NCBI GenBank assembly: GCA_021772515.1
Contig: JAJFLU010000009.1
Coordinates: 5,929-69,928 of the forward strand
Direction of reading: 5' to 3'
From: Opitutales bacterium
GTDB lineage: Bacteria > Verrucomicrobiota > Verrucomicrobiia > Opitutales > UBA2987
Length of the DNA stretch: 64,000 nucleotides
Below are positions 37,632 through 47,433 of this stretch, piece by piece; the stretch's first letter is position 1, and each line of letters starts with the position of its first letter. The notes below the pieces were generated by a model. That model had not been told where the DNA came from, searched no databases, and saw only the letters and a list, made by a program, of their open reading frames with translations. Position numbers and translations under genes: made by a program.

Positions 37632-38735
37632 ATGAATAACCGAAAACCTCTTTTTCAGATAACGGCGTTCGGTCTTGTTGCGATGCTCTTTTGCGGTTGC
37701 GGAAAGCAAAATGTGGAGACGGAAAATTCGGCTTCAACCGAGCAGTCGGTTCAATTGAAACTGGCCTCCTCTTTTCACTCGAATTCGGTTATTCACGGCG
37801 AAGCTATCATGCACCTTGCGGAGCGTATCGAAGCCGCCAGCGCAGGAGGGATTAAAATCAAGGTTTACGATCCCGGAAAATTGGTTGCTGCGCTGGAAGT
37901 GCTCGATGCCGTCTCGGCGGGGAAGGTTGACGCCGGTTATTCGACACCGGGTTACTGGATGGGGAAAATTCCGGCGGCTCCGCTCTTCGCGGCGGTTCCC
38001 TTTGGCCCGGATGGCAGTGAATACATGGCCTGGTTTTTTGGCGGAAATGGGATGAAGCTCTACCAGGAGATGTATGACCGTTACGGGTTCAATGTGAAGG
38101 TCTTTGTCTGCGCGGTATTTCCGCCGGAAACCTCCGGCTGGTTCGCCCAGGAAATCCAGTCGCCCGAGGATCTGAAGGGCTTGAAAATGCGGTTTTTCGG
38201 ACTCGGTGGAAACATCATGCAGAAGCTCGGAGTGGCCGTCAATTTGCTCCCCGGCGGTGAGATTTTTCCCGCTCTGGAGAAGGGCGTCATTGATGCCACG
38301 GAGTTTGCCCTCCCGAGCATCGATGAGGATATGGGGTTCTACAAAATCGTTAAATACAATTATTTCCCCGGTTGGCATCAGCAATCGACGGCCTTCGAGT
38401 TTTTTATCAACAAAGATGTCTGGAATAGCCTTTCCCCCCGCCGCCAGGCAATTATCGAGATGGCTACCCGCGACACCATTGTTTACTCGATGGCCCGAGC
38501 GGAAGCCACCCAAACGGAGGTATTGAAAAGGAACGAGGAGGAGCGGGGAGTGACAAATGCCATTTGGTCACCGGAAATGCTGGAAATTTTCAGGCAAAAG
38601 TGGCGTGAGGTGGTCGAAGAGGAGTCTTCAGCCGATCCGTTTTTCAAAAAGGTTTACGACGACTATAGTCAATTCCGCGAAAAATATGCCATTTGGGGTG
38701 GAAAAGCCTACCTGCCGCGCGCCGTGCCCGAATGA
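37632..38735 (+). CDS. TRAP transporter substrate-binding lipoprotein, paralog 2
   Basis: I chose the start at MNNRKPLFQ (atg 37632), lipobox LFCGC. Same conserved blocks as paralog 1. Confidence 0.88.
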   Translation: MNNRKPLFQITAFGLVAMLFCGCGKQNVETENSASTEQSVQLKLASSFHSNSVIHGEAIMHLAERIEAASAGGIKIKVYDPGKLVAALEVLDAVSAGKVDAGYSTPGYWMGKIPAAPLFAAVPFGPDGSEYMAWFFGGNGMKLYQEMYDRYGFNVKVFVCAVFPPETSGWFAQEIQSPEDLKGLKMRFFGLGGNIMQKLGVAVNLLPGGEIFPALEKGVIDATEFALPSIDEDMGFYKIVKYNYFPGWHQQSTAFEFFINKDVWNSLSPRRQAIIEMATRDTIVYSMARAEATQTEVLKRNEEERGVTNAIWSPEMLEIFRQKWREVVEEESSADPFFKKVYDDYSQFREKYAIWGGKAYLPRAVPE

Positions 38736-38763
38736 TTGAGCGCGTTGGACTAAGGTTTGGCCT

Positions 38764-40494
38764 TTATTCCGGTAAATCCGTGGTCACAAGGAGGCGTAAA
38801 AATTTTCGGGCCAATCCGGTTATTGAAGCCGTCAACCGAACGGTCACCGTTTCGGTGCCATCGCCATTATCGATCGGAGTCCCGACGAGTTGGACCAATC
38901 CTGGGCCAGAAGCCCATCCAGTCGGGCTAAGATCGTCCGAAACTTCAACTGTGTATAGCAAATCATCCGCAATGTAATCAACACCCGTGGTACCGGATCC
39001 GCCTTTTCGCTGACGGTAAACGATTTCGAGAAAATCTCCCGTCCTCTGGGTAAAAGGCAGCAGATTGGATGACTCCTGCCGGGGATGCGTCCGCAGGGCG
39101 AACTCGATGCCGTTGGGAACGCCGTCGTTATCCGGGTCGGCAGTAAATCCTGAAATGGCATCACTCGTCTGTTCATCGGTGTCGAAAAATACTTTTTTCC
39201 AATCCGTGTAGGAGGCTTCGATCACCCCATTGGACTGGATGGCAAGGCTCACAGCGGCGTGGGAATCCATCGCTCTGACCAAAATCTGAAAGGTTGCGCC
39301 ATCGCTCAGCCCAACGGTGTCCGCATCGAAGGTTAAATCGACGACACTTGCGGGGGTAAAACCCGTGACCGAACCTTGTCCGACCAAAGTGCCGTCCTCG
39401 AACAGATCGTACTGAATCTCGACGATATTTGGGAGTGGCGCGGTCTGCACATTTGGTTGCACAAAAACGGGTATTTTTGCTGCCGGACCCCAGAAGTTTT
39501 CCGCGTTTTTTGCCCTCAAGTTCAGGATATGAAAACCGGGACTCGCTCCTGAAAAGTCTAAATTCTGGGTGGCATCCAGCCCCTCGGCGGCAGTAAATGC
39601 GGTAAAAGATTGGCCCATTCCAAATCCTGGGTCGCTCCCGAAAAAATACTCGATTTCGTTGATTGTATGGGCCGCTACCGTGGCCAGTCCGGGTTCGATA
39701 ACAAACGGATGGACATAAGTCGGGCTCCATTCTCCATCGGCGTTAAAAGCCCGTATATAGAAATTATGGAACCCCTTATCCAGAGTTGAAATGTCTGGTG
39801 TGAACGAGAAGCCAATAGAGGGGACGGGAGACGCCAATATGTAGGGCGTTGCCATTACAAATCCCGGATCGTCATCAAAAAAATACTCAAACGCATTGAT
39901 ATTGGGATCTCCATTTGGGGCGGCCGAGGTTTGCTGGAAAATGGGATGCGTAATCACAGGCCCCCAAGTGCCACTGGAGCTTTGGGCGCGGAGGTTGAAA
40001 GTATGAAAACCGTCCACCAGCGCGGAAAGATCGATTTCTTCCGTCAGAACAATTTCGCCTGCGGGAGTAGTCACAGTGATCGGATCGCCCGTTCCGTTTC
40101 CGGGATCGGCATCGAAAAAATACTCGATGGCCTGAATATCATTGGAGACGCCCACCCCGGCATCGACTCCGGGTTCGAGAAAAAACGGCGTTGCTGTCGT
40201 GTAGCTCCAAAGATCCATCATATCTACTAGGGTATCATGGGCGCGCAGGTAAAGCACATGAAAGCCTGGCGACAGACCCGAAATATCCGGCGCAAAGGTG
40301 TGATCGATGGTGGTGCTCGTCGTTATGGTGACTGGAACTCCGCTGCCGAATCCAGGATCGGTATCGAAAAAATACTCCAACCGGTCCACATCCTGACCGA
40401 TAGCCTGAAAAGGCAATACTGCCAAAAAAAGGATGGATAAACCGATCGTTTTTCCTAGACGGATCATAATCCTGCGTGGTTGGAAACGGCCCAC
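38764..40494 (-). CDS. Secreted repeat protein with five ~80-aa EYFFDxDPGxGxG modules, TSP3-like Ca-binding motif and C-terminal beta domain
   Basis: Signal peptide IRLGKTIGLSILFLAVLPFQAIGQ. The start is GTG 40494 or ATG 40467. Repeats begin at aa 40, 124, 203, 282 and 361. DPDNDGVPNGIEF lies near aa 453. The protein ends in ...KFLRLLVTTDLPE. Confidence 0.7.
   Translation of the reverse strand: MGRFQPRRIMIRLGKTIGLSILFLAVLPFQAIGQDVDRLEYFFDTDPGFGSGVPVTITTSTTIDHTFAPDISGLSPGFHVLYLRAHDTLVDMMDLWSYTTATPFFLEPGVDAGVGVSNDIQAIEYFFDADPGNGTGDPITVTTPAGEIVLTEEIDLSALVDGFHTFNLRAQSSSGTWGPVITHPIFQQTSAAPNGDPNINAFEYFFDDDPGFVMATPYILASPVPSIGFSFTPDISTLDKGFHNFYIRAFNADGEWSPTYVHPFVIEPGLATVAAHTINEIEYFFGSDPGFGMGQSFTAFTAAEGLDATQNLDFSGASPGFHILNLRAKNAENFWGPAAKIPVFVQPNVQTAPLPNIVEIQYDLFEDGTLVGQGSVTGFTPASVVDLTFDADTVGLSDGATFQILVRAMDSHAAVSLAIQSNGVIEASYTDWKKVFFDTDEQTSDAISGFTADPDNDGVPNGIEFALRTHPRQESSNLLPFTQRTGDFLEIVYRQRKGGSGTTGVDYIADDLLYTVEVSDDLSPTGWASGPGLVQLVGTPIDNGDGTETVTVRLTASITGLARKFLRLLVTTDLPE
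39220..40386 (-). repeat. Tandem coding repeats (period 79-84 codons) within the secreted repeat protein
   Basis: LEYFFDTDPGFGSG, IEYFFDADPGNGTG, FEYFFDDDPGF, IEYFFGSDPGFGMG and a degenerate IQYDLFEDGTLVGQG. Each is followed by a GFH(x)(F/L)x(L/I)RA strand and a W..P motif. Confidence 0.8.
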
Positions 40495-41544
40495 TTAGTT
40501 GCGAGCCTTCGCCTTTATAGTTATAGTCAATCCAGAGGTGGGCGAAGCAAAAGATGGCGCGTCGATCTCTGCGATAGTGGGAAGCGCTGGAACACCAGAA
40601 AGCACATAGGGTTCGGCCCCGCCGTACATTCCAGCATCTCCGCCCGAACCATCAACATTTTCGGCCGCGCTGGCGGTTTTAAGGAAGAAGCCATCCGAAG
40701 CCGGACCGAATTCGAAAATATCTGCATCTGTAAGATCGATAGTATTGGTGCCTCCGGAAATTGCGGCTGCGTTGGTTCTGGCAATATTAAACTCAGCGCT
40801 TCCCCCCGTTTTGATTATTCCATCGGCGGAGCGAATTATGTTAAAGTTAAAGACGGCGTTATTGATCTCTGTTATTCCATCGTCGAAAATGTTGTTGGTG
40901 ATTGTGGCGGAATTGCCGGACTTCATGTTGACGGTATCTCCGTTAGCATTTACGTTGCTGATAAAATTGTTCTTAATCGTTATGTTAGCGACCGCAGGCT
41001 GTGTAAAATCAATCACACCTATCCGGAATGCGACATTGCCGCTGATGTAGTTCTGGGCAATAATAACGTCGGATACCGGAGAGCCAGTTCCAAAGTTACC
41101 GAGAATAATCTGCGTGGTAATACGATTCCTTTTTACTATTACAGCTGAGTCATAGACGTTGAGGGTTGCAATAGTCAGGCCGGAAATAAGAGTCCCTTGC
41201 GCAGTTTCTTCGCCAACTGTAGCGTTACCAACCGTAAAGGTAGTGAAGGTGGCGGGACTTATCTCCGCCGTCAGGCCGGTGTTTTGGGTTAAAAAGAAAC
41301 CCGGTCCATAAATCAAAACCGGCCGGTCTATGGTAGCCGACCCATAGCTTATTCCGGAACCCGAGACATATATTATATCGCCTGTGACTACCACAGGGTC
41401 GCTATTTGTGTCAGTCGCATCCATGGCCGCCTGTAAACTGGTAAAATCGGCGATGCGGCCCGGATTATTATCCACTCTCCAGATGGCAGCGTTGAGAATG
41501 GCAGGAATTAGTAAAAGCAGGAGAATTGAGGTTATAATTTTCAT
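40495..41544 (-). CDS. Secreted right-handed parallel beta-helix repeat protein
   Basis: Signal peptide MKIITSILLLLLIPAILNA. Reiterated ~22-aa N/I/G-rich coils (IIAQNYISGN, ITIKNNFISN, ATITNNIFDD, AVFNFNIIRS). C-terminal GMYGGAEPYVLSGVP motif. Confidence 0.7.
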   Translation of the reverse strand: MKIITSILLLLLIPAILNAAIWRVDNNPGRIADFTSLQAAMDATDTNSDPVVVTGDIIYVSGSGISYGSATIDRPVLIYGPGFFLTQNTGLTAEISPATFTTFTVGNATVGEETAQGTLISGLTIATLNVYDSAVIVKRNRITTQIILGNFGTGSPVSDVIIAQNYISGNVAFRIGVIDFTQPAVANITIKNNFISNVNANGDTVNMKSGNSATITNNIFDDGITEINNAVFNFNIIRSADGIIKTGGSAEFNIARTNAAAISGGTNTIDLTDADIFEFGPASDGFFLKTASAAENVDGSGGDAGMYGGAEPYVLSGVPALPTIAEIDAPSFASPTSGLTITIKAKARN

Positions 41545-41715
41545 GGGATCGATCTTTGTTATTCTGTATGGTTTGCCTTTAGATACGCGGAGGGGTAAAT
41601 ATCAAAAACTCCGTCTAATGTCAAGGTTGATATGGTGATGTTTGGTTTCTGGAGGCCCAACTTTGGCTTGCCCTGAGGTTTCTTTTATCCATTATCCGCT
41701 CAACCGGACTTTTTT

Positions 41716-42825
41716 ATGAAAATACGCTTTATTCCTGGAACCTGTTGCCTGTTGATAACTTCAATGATCTTCCTTGGGGGTTGCGGGAAGCAGTCTTCCA
41801 CTGAATCCGAGGCGGGTGTGGTCGAATCCAAACCGGTTAATCTCAAGCTGGTGTCTCTCTACAATACCAATGCTCCGATTTTGGGGGATAATATCGTAAG
41901 GCTGACCGATCGGGTGGCCGAAGCCAGTGGCGGTTCGGTCAAATTCAAGGTTTTCGATCCGGGCAAACTGGTCGCCTCGATGGAGGTTCTGGATGCCGTT
42001 TCGAGTGGAAAAGTCGACGCCGGTTATGCCACGGCGGGTTTTTGGATGGGCAAGATTCCGGCCGCGCCGCTTTTTTCGGCAGTGCCATTTGGCCCGGACT
42101 CGAGCGAGTATCTTTCGTGGTTTTTCGAGGGCAATGGGAGCAAGCTTTATCAGGAGATGTACGACACCTATGGCTTCAACATCAAAGTGATTGTCTGCTC
42201 GATGATCCCCCCGGAGACCTCCGGCTGGTTTGCCAAGGAAATCAATACCGCAGTGGACCTCAAGGGGATGAAGATGCGATTTTTCGGCCTCGGTGGAGTG
42301 GTTATGAAAAAGCTCGGGGTCTCCGTCAACGTCCTCCCGCCGGGAGAGATTTTTCCGGCTCTGGAAAAGGGAATCATCAATACCACCAAATACGCCATGC
42401 CGAGCATCGATGAGGACAAGGGATTTTACAAGATCGCCAAATACAACTACTTTCCCGGCTGGCATCAGCAGGCCTCGGCCTTCGAGTTAATCATCAACAA
42501 GGATGTCTGGAACCGGCTCTCACCGAGCCAGCAGACGATCATCGAAATGGCCAGCCGCGAGACCATTGTGCTCTCGATTGCCAATGCGGAGGCGACACAG
42601 GCGGAGGTCATGATTCGCAATGAGGTGGAGCGGGGGGTCAAGAATATGAGCTGGTCGCCCGAAATGCTCGAATTGTTGAGGGAAAAATGGGAGGAAGTGG
42701 CCGCCGAGCAATCCGCCGCCGATCCGTTTTTCAAGAAGGTTTACGAGGATTTTTCAAACTTCAGGCGGCAATATGCCATCTGGGGGAGCAAGGCCTATCT
42801 GCCCCGGGCCGGGAGTGAGGAGTGA
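41716..42825 (+). CDS. TRAP transporter substrate-binding lipoprotein, paralog 3
   Basis: Lipobox FLGGC. Same conserved blocks as paralogs 1 and 2. Directly precedes dctQ/dctM. Confidence 0.88.
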   Translation: MKIRFIPGTCCLLITSMIFLGGCGKQSSTESEAGVVESKPVNLKLVSLYNTNAPILGDNIVRLTDRVAEASGGSVKFKVFDPGKLVASMEVLDAVSSGKVDAGYATAGFWMGKIPAAPLFSAVPFGPDSSEYLSWFFEGNGSKLYQEMYDTYGFNIKVIVCSMIPPETSGWFAKEINTAVDLKGMKMRFFGLGGVVMKKLGVSVNVLPPGEIFPALEKGIINTTKYAMPSIDEDKGFYKIAKYNYFPGWHQQASAFELIINKDVWNRLSPSQQTIIEMASRETIVLSIANAEATQAEVMIRNEVERGVKNMSWSPEMLELLREKWEEVAAEQSAADPFFKKVYEDFSNFRRQYAIWGSKAYLPRAGSEE

Positions 42826-42852
42826 TCGTTTAATTTTGGCACCCTCCTGTTT

Positions 42853-43386
42853 ATGCTGAAAAAACTCGATACCCTGGCCGAGCGGATTGAGGCTATTGTC
42901 GGCCTGGCGGGAAGGGTGTTTTCGTGGGCCGCGCTGTTTTTGATGATCACTATCATCGTGCAGGTGGTTTTACGATATGGGTTCTCGTCCGACATGGTTT
43001 GGCTGGGCGAATTGCAATGGCATTTCTACGCGGTCATGGTCATGATGAGTCTGGCCTATGCGCAAAAGGAAAACGCCCATGTGCGAGTGGATCTCTTCCA
43101 TCGTCATTTTTCTCCCAACGCAAAGAGGATCATCGAAATTGTCGGGATTGTCGTCTTTTTCATTCCACTGTTCACAATCGTATTTTGGTACGGCTGCGAG
43201 TTCACTGCGGCGGCCTGGCGAATTGGTGAAAAATCCCCATCACCGGGAGGGCTGCCCTGGCGTTGGGCGATCAAGGCATTCATCCCCATCGGGGCGGTTT
43301 TTCTGTTGCTAAATTCAGTGGCTCGTTCCTTCCGGCTGCTGACGGGGAGCGTCAAGGTGGAAGAGGAAAGCGTCATCGCCGATTGA
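42853..43386 (+). CDS. dctQ: TRAP transporter small permease (DctQ family)
   Basis: 177 aa with 4 TM helices. Sits between the binding protein and the large permease. Confidence 0.85.
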   Translation: MLKKLDTLAERIEAIVGLAGRVFSWAALFLMITIIVQVVLRYGFSSDMVWLGELQWHFYAVMVMMSLAYAQKENAHVRVDLFHRHFSPNAKRIIEIVGIVVFFIPLFTIVFWYGCEFTAAAWRIGEKSPSPGGLPWRWAIKAFIPIGAVFLLLNSVARSFRLLTGSVKVEEESVIAD

Positions 43387-43399
43387 TTGGATTAACTTG

Positions 43400-44785
43400 A
43401 TGGAAACCACCACCATACTGATCCTGGCCCTGTTTGGAACCTTTATAGGGCTGCTATTGATGGGGGTTCCGGTGGCGTATTCACTCGGCGGTCTGTCGGT
43501 GATATTTGTCGGCGTTGCCATGCTTTGCGACACCTATGCGGGGACGTTTATCGGGTTGGACCTGCAAACCTTTTCTCTCGTTATCAATCGAATATTCGCC
43601 CTGATGGAAAACGGTGTGCTGGTGGCTCTGCCTATGTTTATATTTATGGGGCATATGCTCGACCGCTCGGGGGTGGCGGAAAAACTGATGCACGCGATGC
43701 AAAATCTGCTGGGCGGGATTCAGGGCGGGCTCGCCATCAGCGTAACGATAATCGGGGTCTTGTTGGCGGCAGCCACGGGCATCATCGGGGCGTCCATTGT
43801 TCTTCTGGGAATTCTATCGCTGCCGGTAATGCTCTCGCAGGGTTACAAAAAGGAGTTGGCCGTCGGGACGGTCTGCGGGGCGGGCACTCTGGGGATACTC
43901 ATTCCGCCCAGCATCATGCTCATCATCATGGCCGACCAATTGCAGTTGCCGGTTGGGGATCTGTTTATGGGAGCGGTCCTGCCGGGGTTGCTTCTGGCCT
44001 CACTTTACGTCCTCTACATATTGGTTTATACCAAATTAAATCCATCGGCGGCGCCTCTGCCGAAAAATCGGCCCAAGCTGAATGCGAAAGTTCTTTTCGA
44101 ATTGGGCAAGGCCATTGCTCCGGCCCTGTTTCTGATATTGCTGGTTCTGGGGTCGATCTTTTTTGGAATTGCAACGCCTACGGAATCGAGCGGTATGGGG
44201 GCGCTGGGGGCAACCATTCTGGCGGGCACCAATCGAAAACTCCACCTCAGCGTGCTCAGGGGGGCGATGGCCGAAACGCTAAAAACGACGGGTTTTCTCT
44301 TTGCCATACTCATCGGGGCGACCTGTTTTTCGCTGGTTCTCCGATTTCTGGGAGGAGACGAAGTGATCGAAGGGCTTTTGCTGGGTATAAACGTTTCGCC
44401 GGGGAATCTTGTTTTGCTCATTCTTTTGGTGATCTTCTTTCTGGGATTCTTTCTCGACTGGATTGAGATTACCCTGATTATTTTACCACTGGTGGCTCCT
44501 GTGCTGGCGGGATTAGATTTGGGGGCTGTATCGGAATCCCCATTGGAAAAGGCTGGTCTGGTCTGGTTTTCGATTCTCTACGCGGTTACCCTGCAAACCT
44601 CCTTTTTGACGCCGCCGGTGGGGTTCGCGCTGTTTTTTGTCAAAGGTGTCTGCCCGAAGGAAGTGCAAATCAGCCATATTTACCGTGGGGTGATTCCCTT
44701 TGTTATTTTGCAACTGCTGGCGCTGTTTTTTGTTTACCTGTTTCCCGCATTGGTCACCTGGCTGCCGTGGGTCGCCTATGAATAG
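43400..44785 (+). CDS. dctM: TRAP transporter large permease (DctM family)
   Basis: About 461 aa polytopic protein (ATG 43400; TTG 43397 in the track). Typical DctM segments include GILIPPSI and FLTPPVGFALF. Confidence 0.92.
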   Translation: METTTILILALFGTFIGLLLMGVPVAYSLGGLSVIFVGVAMLCDTYAGTFIGLDLQTFSLVINRIFALMENGVLVALPMFIFMGHMLDRSGVAEKLMHAMQNLLGGIQGGLAISVTIIGVLLAAATGIIGASIVLLGILSLPVMLSQGYKKELAVGTVCGAGTLGILIPPSIMLIIMADQLQLPVGDLFMGAVLPGLLLASLYVLYILVYTKLNPSAAPLPKNRPKLNAKVLFELGKAIAPALFLILLVLGSIFFGIATPTESSGMGALGATILAGTNRKLHLSVLRGAMAETLKTTGFLFAILIGATCFSLVLRFLGGDEVIEGLLLGINVSPGNLVLLILLVIFFLGFFLDWIEITLIILPLVAPVLAGLDLGAVSESPLEKAGLVWFSILYAVTLQTSFLTPPVGFALFFVKGVCPKEVQISHIYRGVIPFVILQLLALFFVYLFPALVTWLPWVAYE

Positions 44786-44854
44786 AACCCCGTTGGTTGG
44801 ACTCTGAAAGTTAGTCTTTACAACCGCCGGTATGCTCACACTTTTATTGAAATT

Positions 44855-45454
44855 ATGAATACTCTGGAAGCCATTCACCAACGTCGCTCTGTCAAACACT
44901 ACGATCCTGCCCACCGCATGACCGAAGGGGAGATTACCTCTCTGATGGAACACGCGATTCTTTCGCCCACATCGTTTAATATGCAGAACTGGCGGTTTGT
45001 CGTGGTGCAGGACACCGAAATACGGCAACAGCTTCGGGAGGCAGCCTGGAATCAGGCTCAGGTAACGGATGCTTCCATTACCATTGTCCTTTGCGCCTAC
45101 CTCAATTCGCATCGCAACCCGGAAAGATACTGGAAAGATGCGCCGGAGGAAGTCCGCAACATGATGGCCCCGATGACGACCGGATTTTATGAGGACAATG
45201 CGCAGTTGCAGAGAGACGAAGCGATGCGCTCCTGCGGGATTGCCGGGCAGACGATTATGCTTACGGCCAAGGAAATGGGCTACGGTAGCTGCCCGATGAT
45301 CGGATTCGACCCACAAAAAGTAGCCGAGATAATAAATCTTCCCGAGGATCATGTAATATCCATGATGATAACGGTGGGCAAAGCGGCGGACCCTGCCAGA
45401 GGTCGCGGAGGCCAATTACCGTTATCCGAGGTGGTAGTATCCGATCAATTCTGA
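44855..45454 (+). CDS. Nitroreductase family protein
   Basis: 199 aa. RRSVKHYD...SPTSFNMQNWRFVVV pattern of the NfsB/NADH-oxidase fold. Confidence 0.88.
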   Translation: MNTLEAIHQRRSVKHYDPAHRMTEGEITSLMEHAILSPTSFNMQNWRFVVVQDTEIRQQLREAAWNQAQVTDASITIVLCAYLNSHRNPERYWKDAPEEVRNMMAPMTTGFYEDNAQLQRDEAMRSCGIAGQTIMLTAKEMGYGSCPMIGFDPQKVAEIINLPEDHVISMMITVGKAADPARGRGGQLPLSEVVVSDQF

Positions 45455-45461
45455 TCGCGCT

Positions 45462-46376
45462 ATGCTTAAAACCCGGAGAGACGATAATAAGGTCTGGCTG
45501 ATCACGCAACCGGACCATGCCGAGGTTTCCGGCTATTTTGCCGCCCATTGGGGAAATGGCGAGTTTACCCGGCCAGGTTATTATGCCGACTCGAAGGATC
45601 CCGAGCGATTGCGGGCGGAAACGGTGCTGGCCATTGCCGAGCATGACAATGGCTGGTGGGAATGGGAAGCGACACCCGATCTTTCGGAGGAAGACGGTCT
45701 TCCATTGGGGCTTTTCGGGCTATCGGAAACTCTGTCTGAAGGAATGGATCGCTGGCGGCGCGGGGTGCCACGCTTCGGTGATCGGCATCCCTATGTGGGG
45801 CTGCTGATCGGTTATCATGCCTATTGGCTTTATTATAGAGGGATCGATTCTGAGACGGATCCGGCATTTGCGCATCAGTTATTCTCGAAGAATGCCCCAC
45901 AGAGGTTAACGGGTGATCTACTCGAGGAAACGCTCCGTTTTATCGGTGAAATCGAAGCGATGCAAAATGGGTTCAAGACCCGGCTTCTCGATATGCCGGA
46001 AACGGCCGAGTGGGTAAAACCGGAACATTTAAAGCCCCATATTCGGCTGCTTCAGGTATTGGACGGGCTGTCGCTGTCCATCTGTTCGGCCCTCATATGC
46101 CCGACAAAAGGCCAAGCAAGAGGATTTGGAGAGGATGAGATAGAATTGCCGGATGTTCCGCGAAAAAGTTGGGAGGACCGGGTCACTCTTGAGTTGAGGC
46201 CTGCGGGTAAACGACGCATTGTCTGCCAGCCCTACCCCTTTGATATCGATCCTTTGCCGGTTACTGTATCGGCCCGTATTCTTGACTGTTCCGAGGAGCA
46301 AACCTCACATTTTCAGTCCCGGTGGCATTCAACGCCTCGACAGCAAATTCAATTCGAATATTGCTCGAAGGATTGA
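45462..46376 (+). CDS. DUF3891 family protein
   Basis: 304 aa. The N-terminus WLITQPDHAEVSGYFAAHWGN and AEHDNGWWEWE resemble DUF3891. Confidence 0.65.
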   Translation: MLKTRRDDNKVWLITQPDHAEVSGYFAAHWGNGEFTRPGYYADSKDPERLRAETVLAIAEHDNGWWEWEATPDLSEEDGLPLGLFGLSETLSEGMDRWRRGVPRFGDRHPYVGLLIGYHAYWLYYRGIDSETDPAFAHQLFSKNAPQRLTGDLLEETLRFIGEIEAMQNGFKTRLLDMPETAEWVKPEHLKPHIRLLQVLDGLSLSICSALICPTKGQARGFGEDEIELPDVPRKSWEDRVTLELRPAGKRRIVCQPYPFDIDPLPVTVSARILDCSEEQTSHFQSRWHSTPRQQIQFEYCSKD

Positions 46377-46492
46377 ACGAATTCGACGCCGGGTGCAAAA
46401 AAGGCTTGAAAAGCTAATTAAAAAAACTATCCCGGAACTTTGATTTTTTTGAAACAAACCGGATTTATTTTTTTCAACATTCCATAGCGACT

Positions 46493-47413
46493 ATGATCGA
46501 AGTAGAAAACCTGGTTAAAGATTTTGGCTCGATTCGGGCGGTGGATCATATCACCTTTGAGTTGAAAAAGGGTGATATTCTGGGATTTTTGGGGCCCAAC
46601 GGGGCTGGCAAATCCACCACCATGAAAATGATTACGGGGTTTTTGCAGCCGACTTTGGGAACGGCCCGAGTAGGCGGGCACGACATTCAGCAGGAGCCGA
46701 TTGCGGCGAAAAAGCTGTTTGGCTATCTTCCTGAAAACGGGCCGCTCTACCAGGAAATGACCCCCCTCGAATTTCTCGGGTTCATCGCCGATATGAGGGG
46801 CATCAATAATCGGGTGGACCGGGAGAAAAATATTCGCCGGGTGATGGAAATTTGCCATTTGGAAAATGTGCGCCACCAGCCGATCGAAACCCTGAGCAAG
46901 GGCTACCGACAGCGCGTGGGGATGGCCCATGCAATCCTTCACGATCCGCAATGCCTGATTATGGATGAGCCGACTGATGGGCTTGATCCCAACCAGAAAC
47001 AGGAAGTGCGCCGACTCATTTCCTCGATGGCGAGCGATAAGGCGATCTTGCTTTCAACCCACATTTTGGACGAGGTCGAGTCGATGTGTAACCGCATTAT
47101 TATCATCGCGGAAGGGTCGATCATCGCCGACGAATCACCGGATGATCTTCGCCGCCGCCATCCGCGTTTCAATGCCGTCGAGCTATTATTGAATAATGAG
47201 GATCCACAGACGATTCGGGAATCCCTTCGACGGCTGGACAAAGTTGGCGAGGTGATCGAGGAGGAAGAAAAGCTGATCGCGGTGCCAATAAATGGCGAGG
47301 ATATCAATGCGCTTCTTTTCGAGACCGCAAGATCTGAAAACTGGCCGGTGGTGGGAATGAACAAATCCTCCGTTCGTCTGGAAGAGGTTTTCCGGGATTT
47401 GACGCAGATTTAA
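46493..47413 (+). CDS. ABC transporter ATP-binding protein (GldA-like, ABC-2 type)
   Basis: Walker A GPNGAGKST, signature LSKGYRQR, Walker B LIMDEP. Confidence 0.93.
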   Translation: MIEVENLVKDFGSIRAVDHITFELKKGDILGFLGPNGAGKSTTMKMITGFLQPTLGTARVGGHDIQQEPIAAKKLFGYLPENGPLYQEMTPLEFLGFIADMRGINNRVDREKNIRRVMEICHLENVRHQPIETLSKGYRQRVGMAHAILHDPQCLIMDEPTDGLDPNQKQEVRRLISSMASDKAILLSTHILDEVESMCNRIIIIAEGSIIADESPDDLRRRHPRFNAVELLLNNEDPQTIRESLRRLDKVGEVIEEEEKLIAVPINGEDINALLFETARSENWPVVGMNKSSVRLEEVFRDLTQI

Positions 47414-47433
47414 AATTTATTAAGGAAATAAGC

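Noticed and set aside
36583-38513. Long minus-strand ORFs (36583-37350, 37734-38513, and similarly 41761-42465) that resemble each other
   Set aside because: They are antisense to the three paralogous TRAP binding-protein genes. Their mutual similarity simply mirrors the sense-strand paralogy.
40480-41148. 222-aa plus-strand ORF
   Set aside because: It is antisense to the beta-helix protein gene. The sense frame has a signal peptide and regular beta-helix coils.
43525-44466. 313-aa ORF in another plus-strand frame
   Set aside because: It is an alternative frame inside dctM. The sequence is Gly/Arg/His-rich and low-complexity, whereas the dctM frame gives a coherent polytopic permease.
44513-45415. 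300-aa minus-strand ORF
   Set aside because: It spans the 3' end of dctM and the whole nitroreductase gene antisense. No motifs, and it would leave two well-supported genes unexplained.
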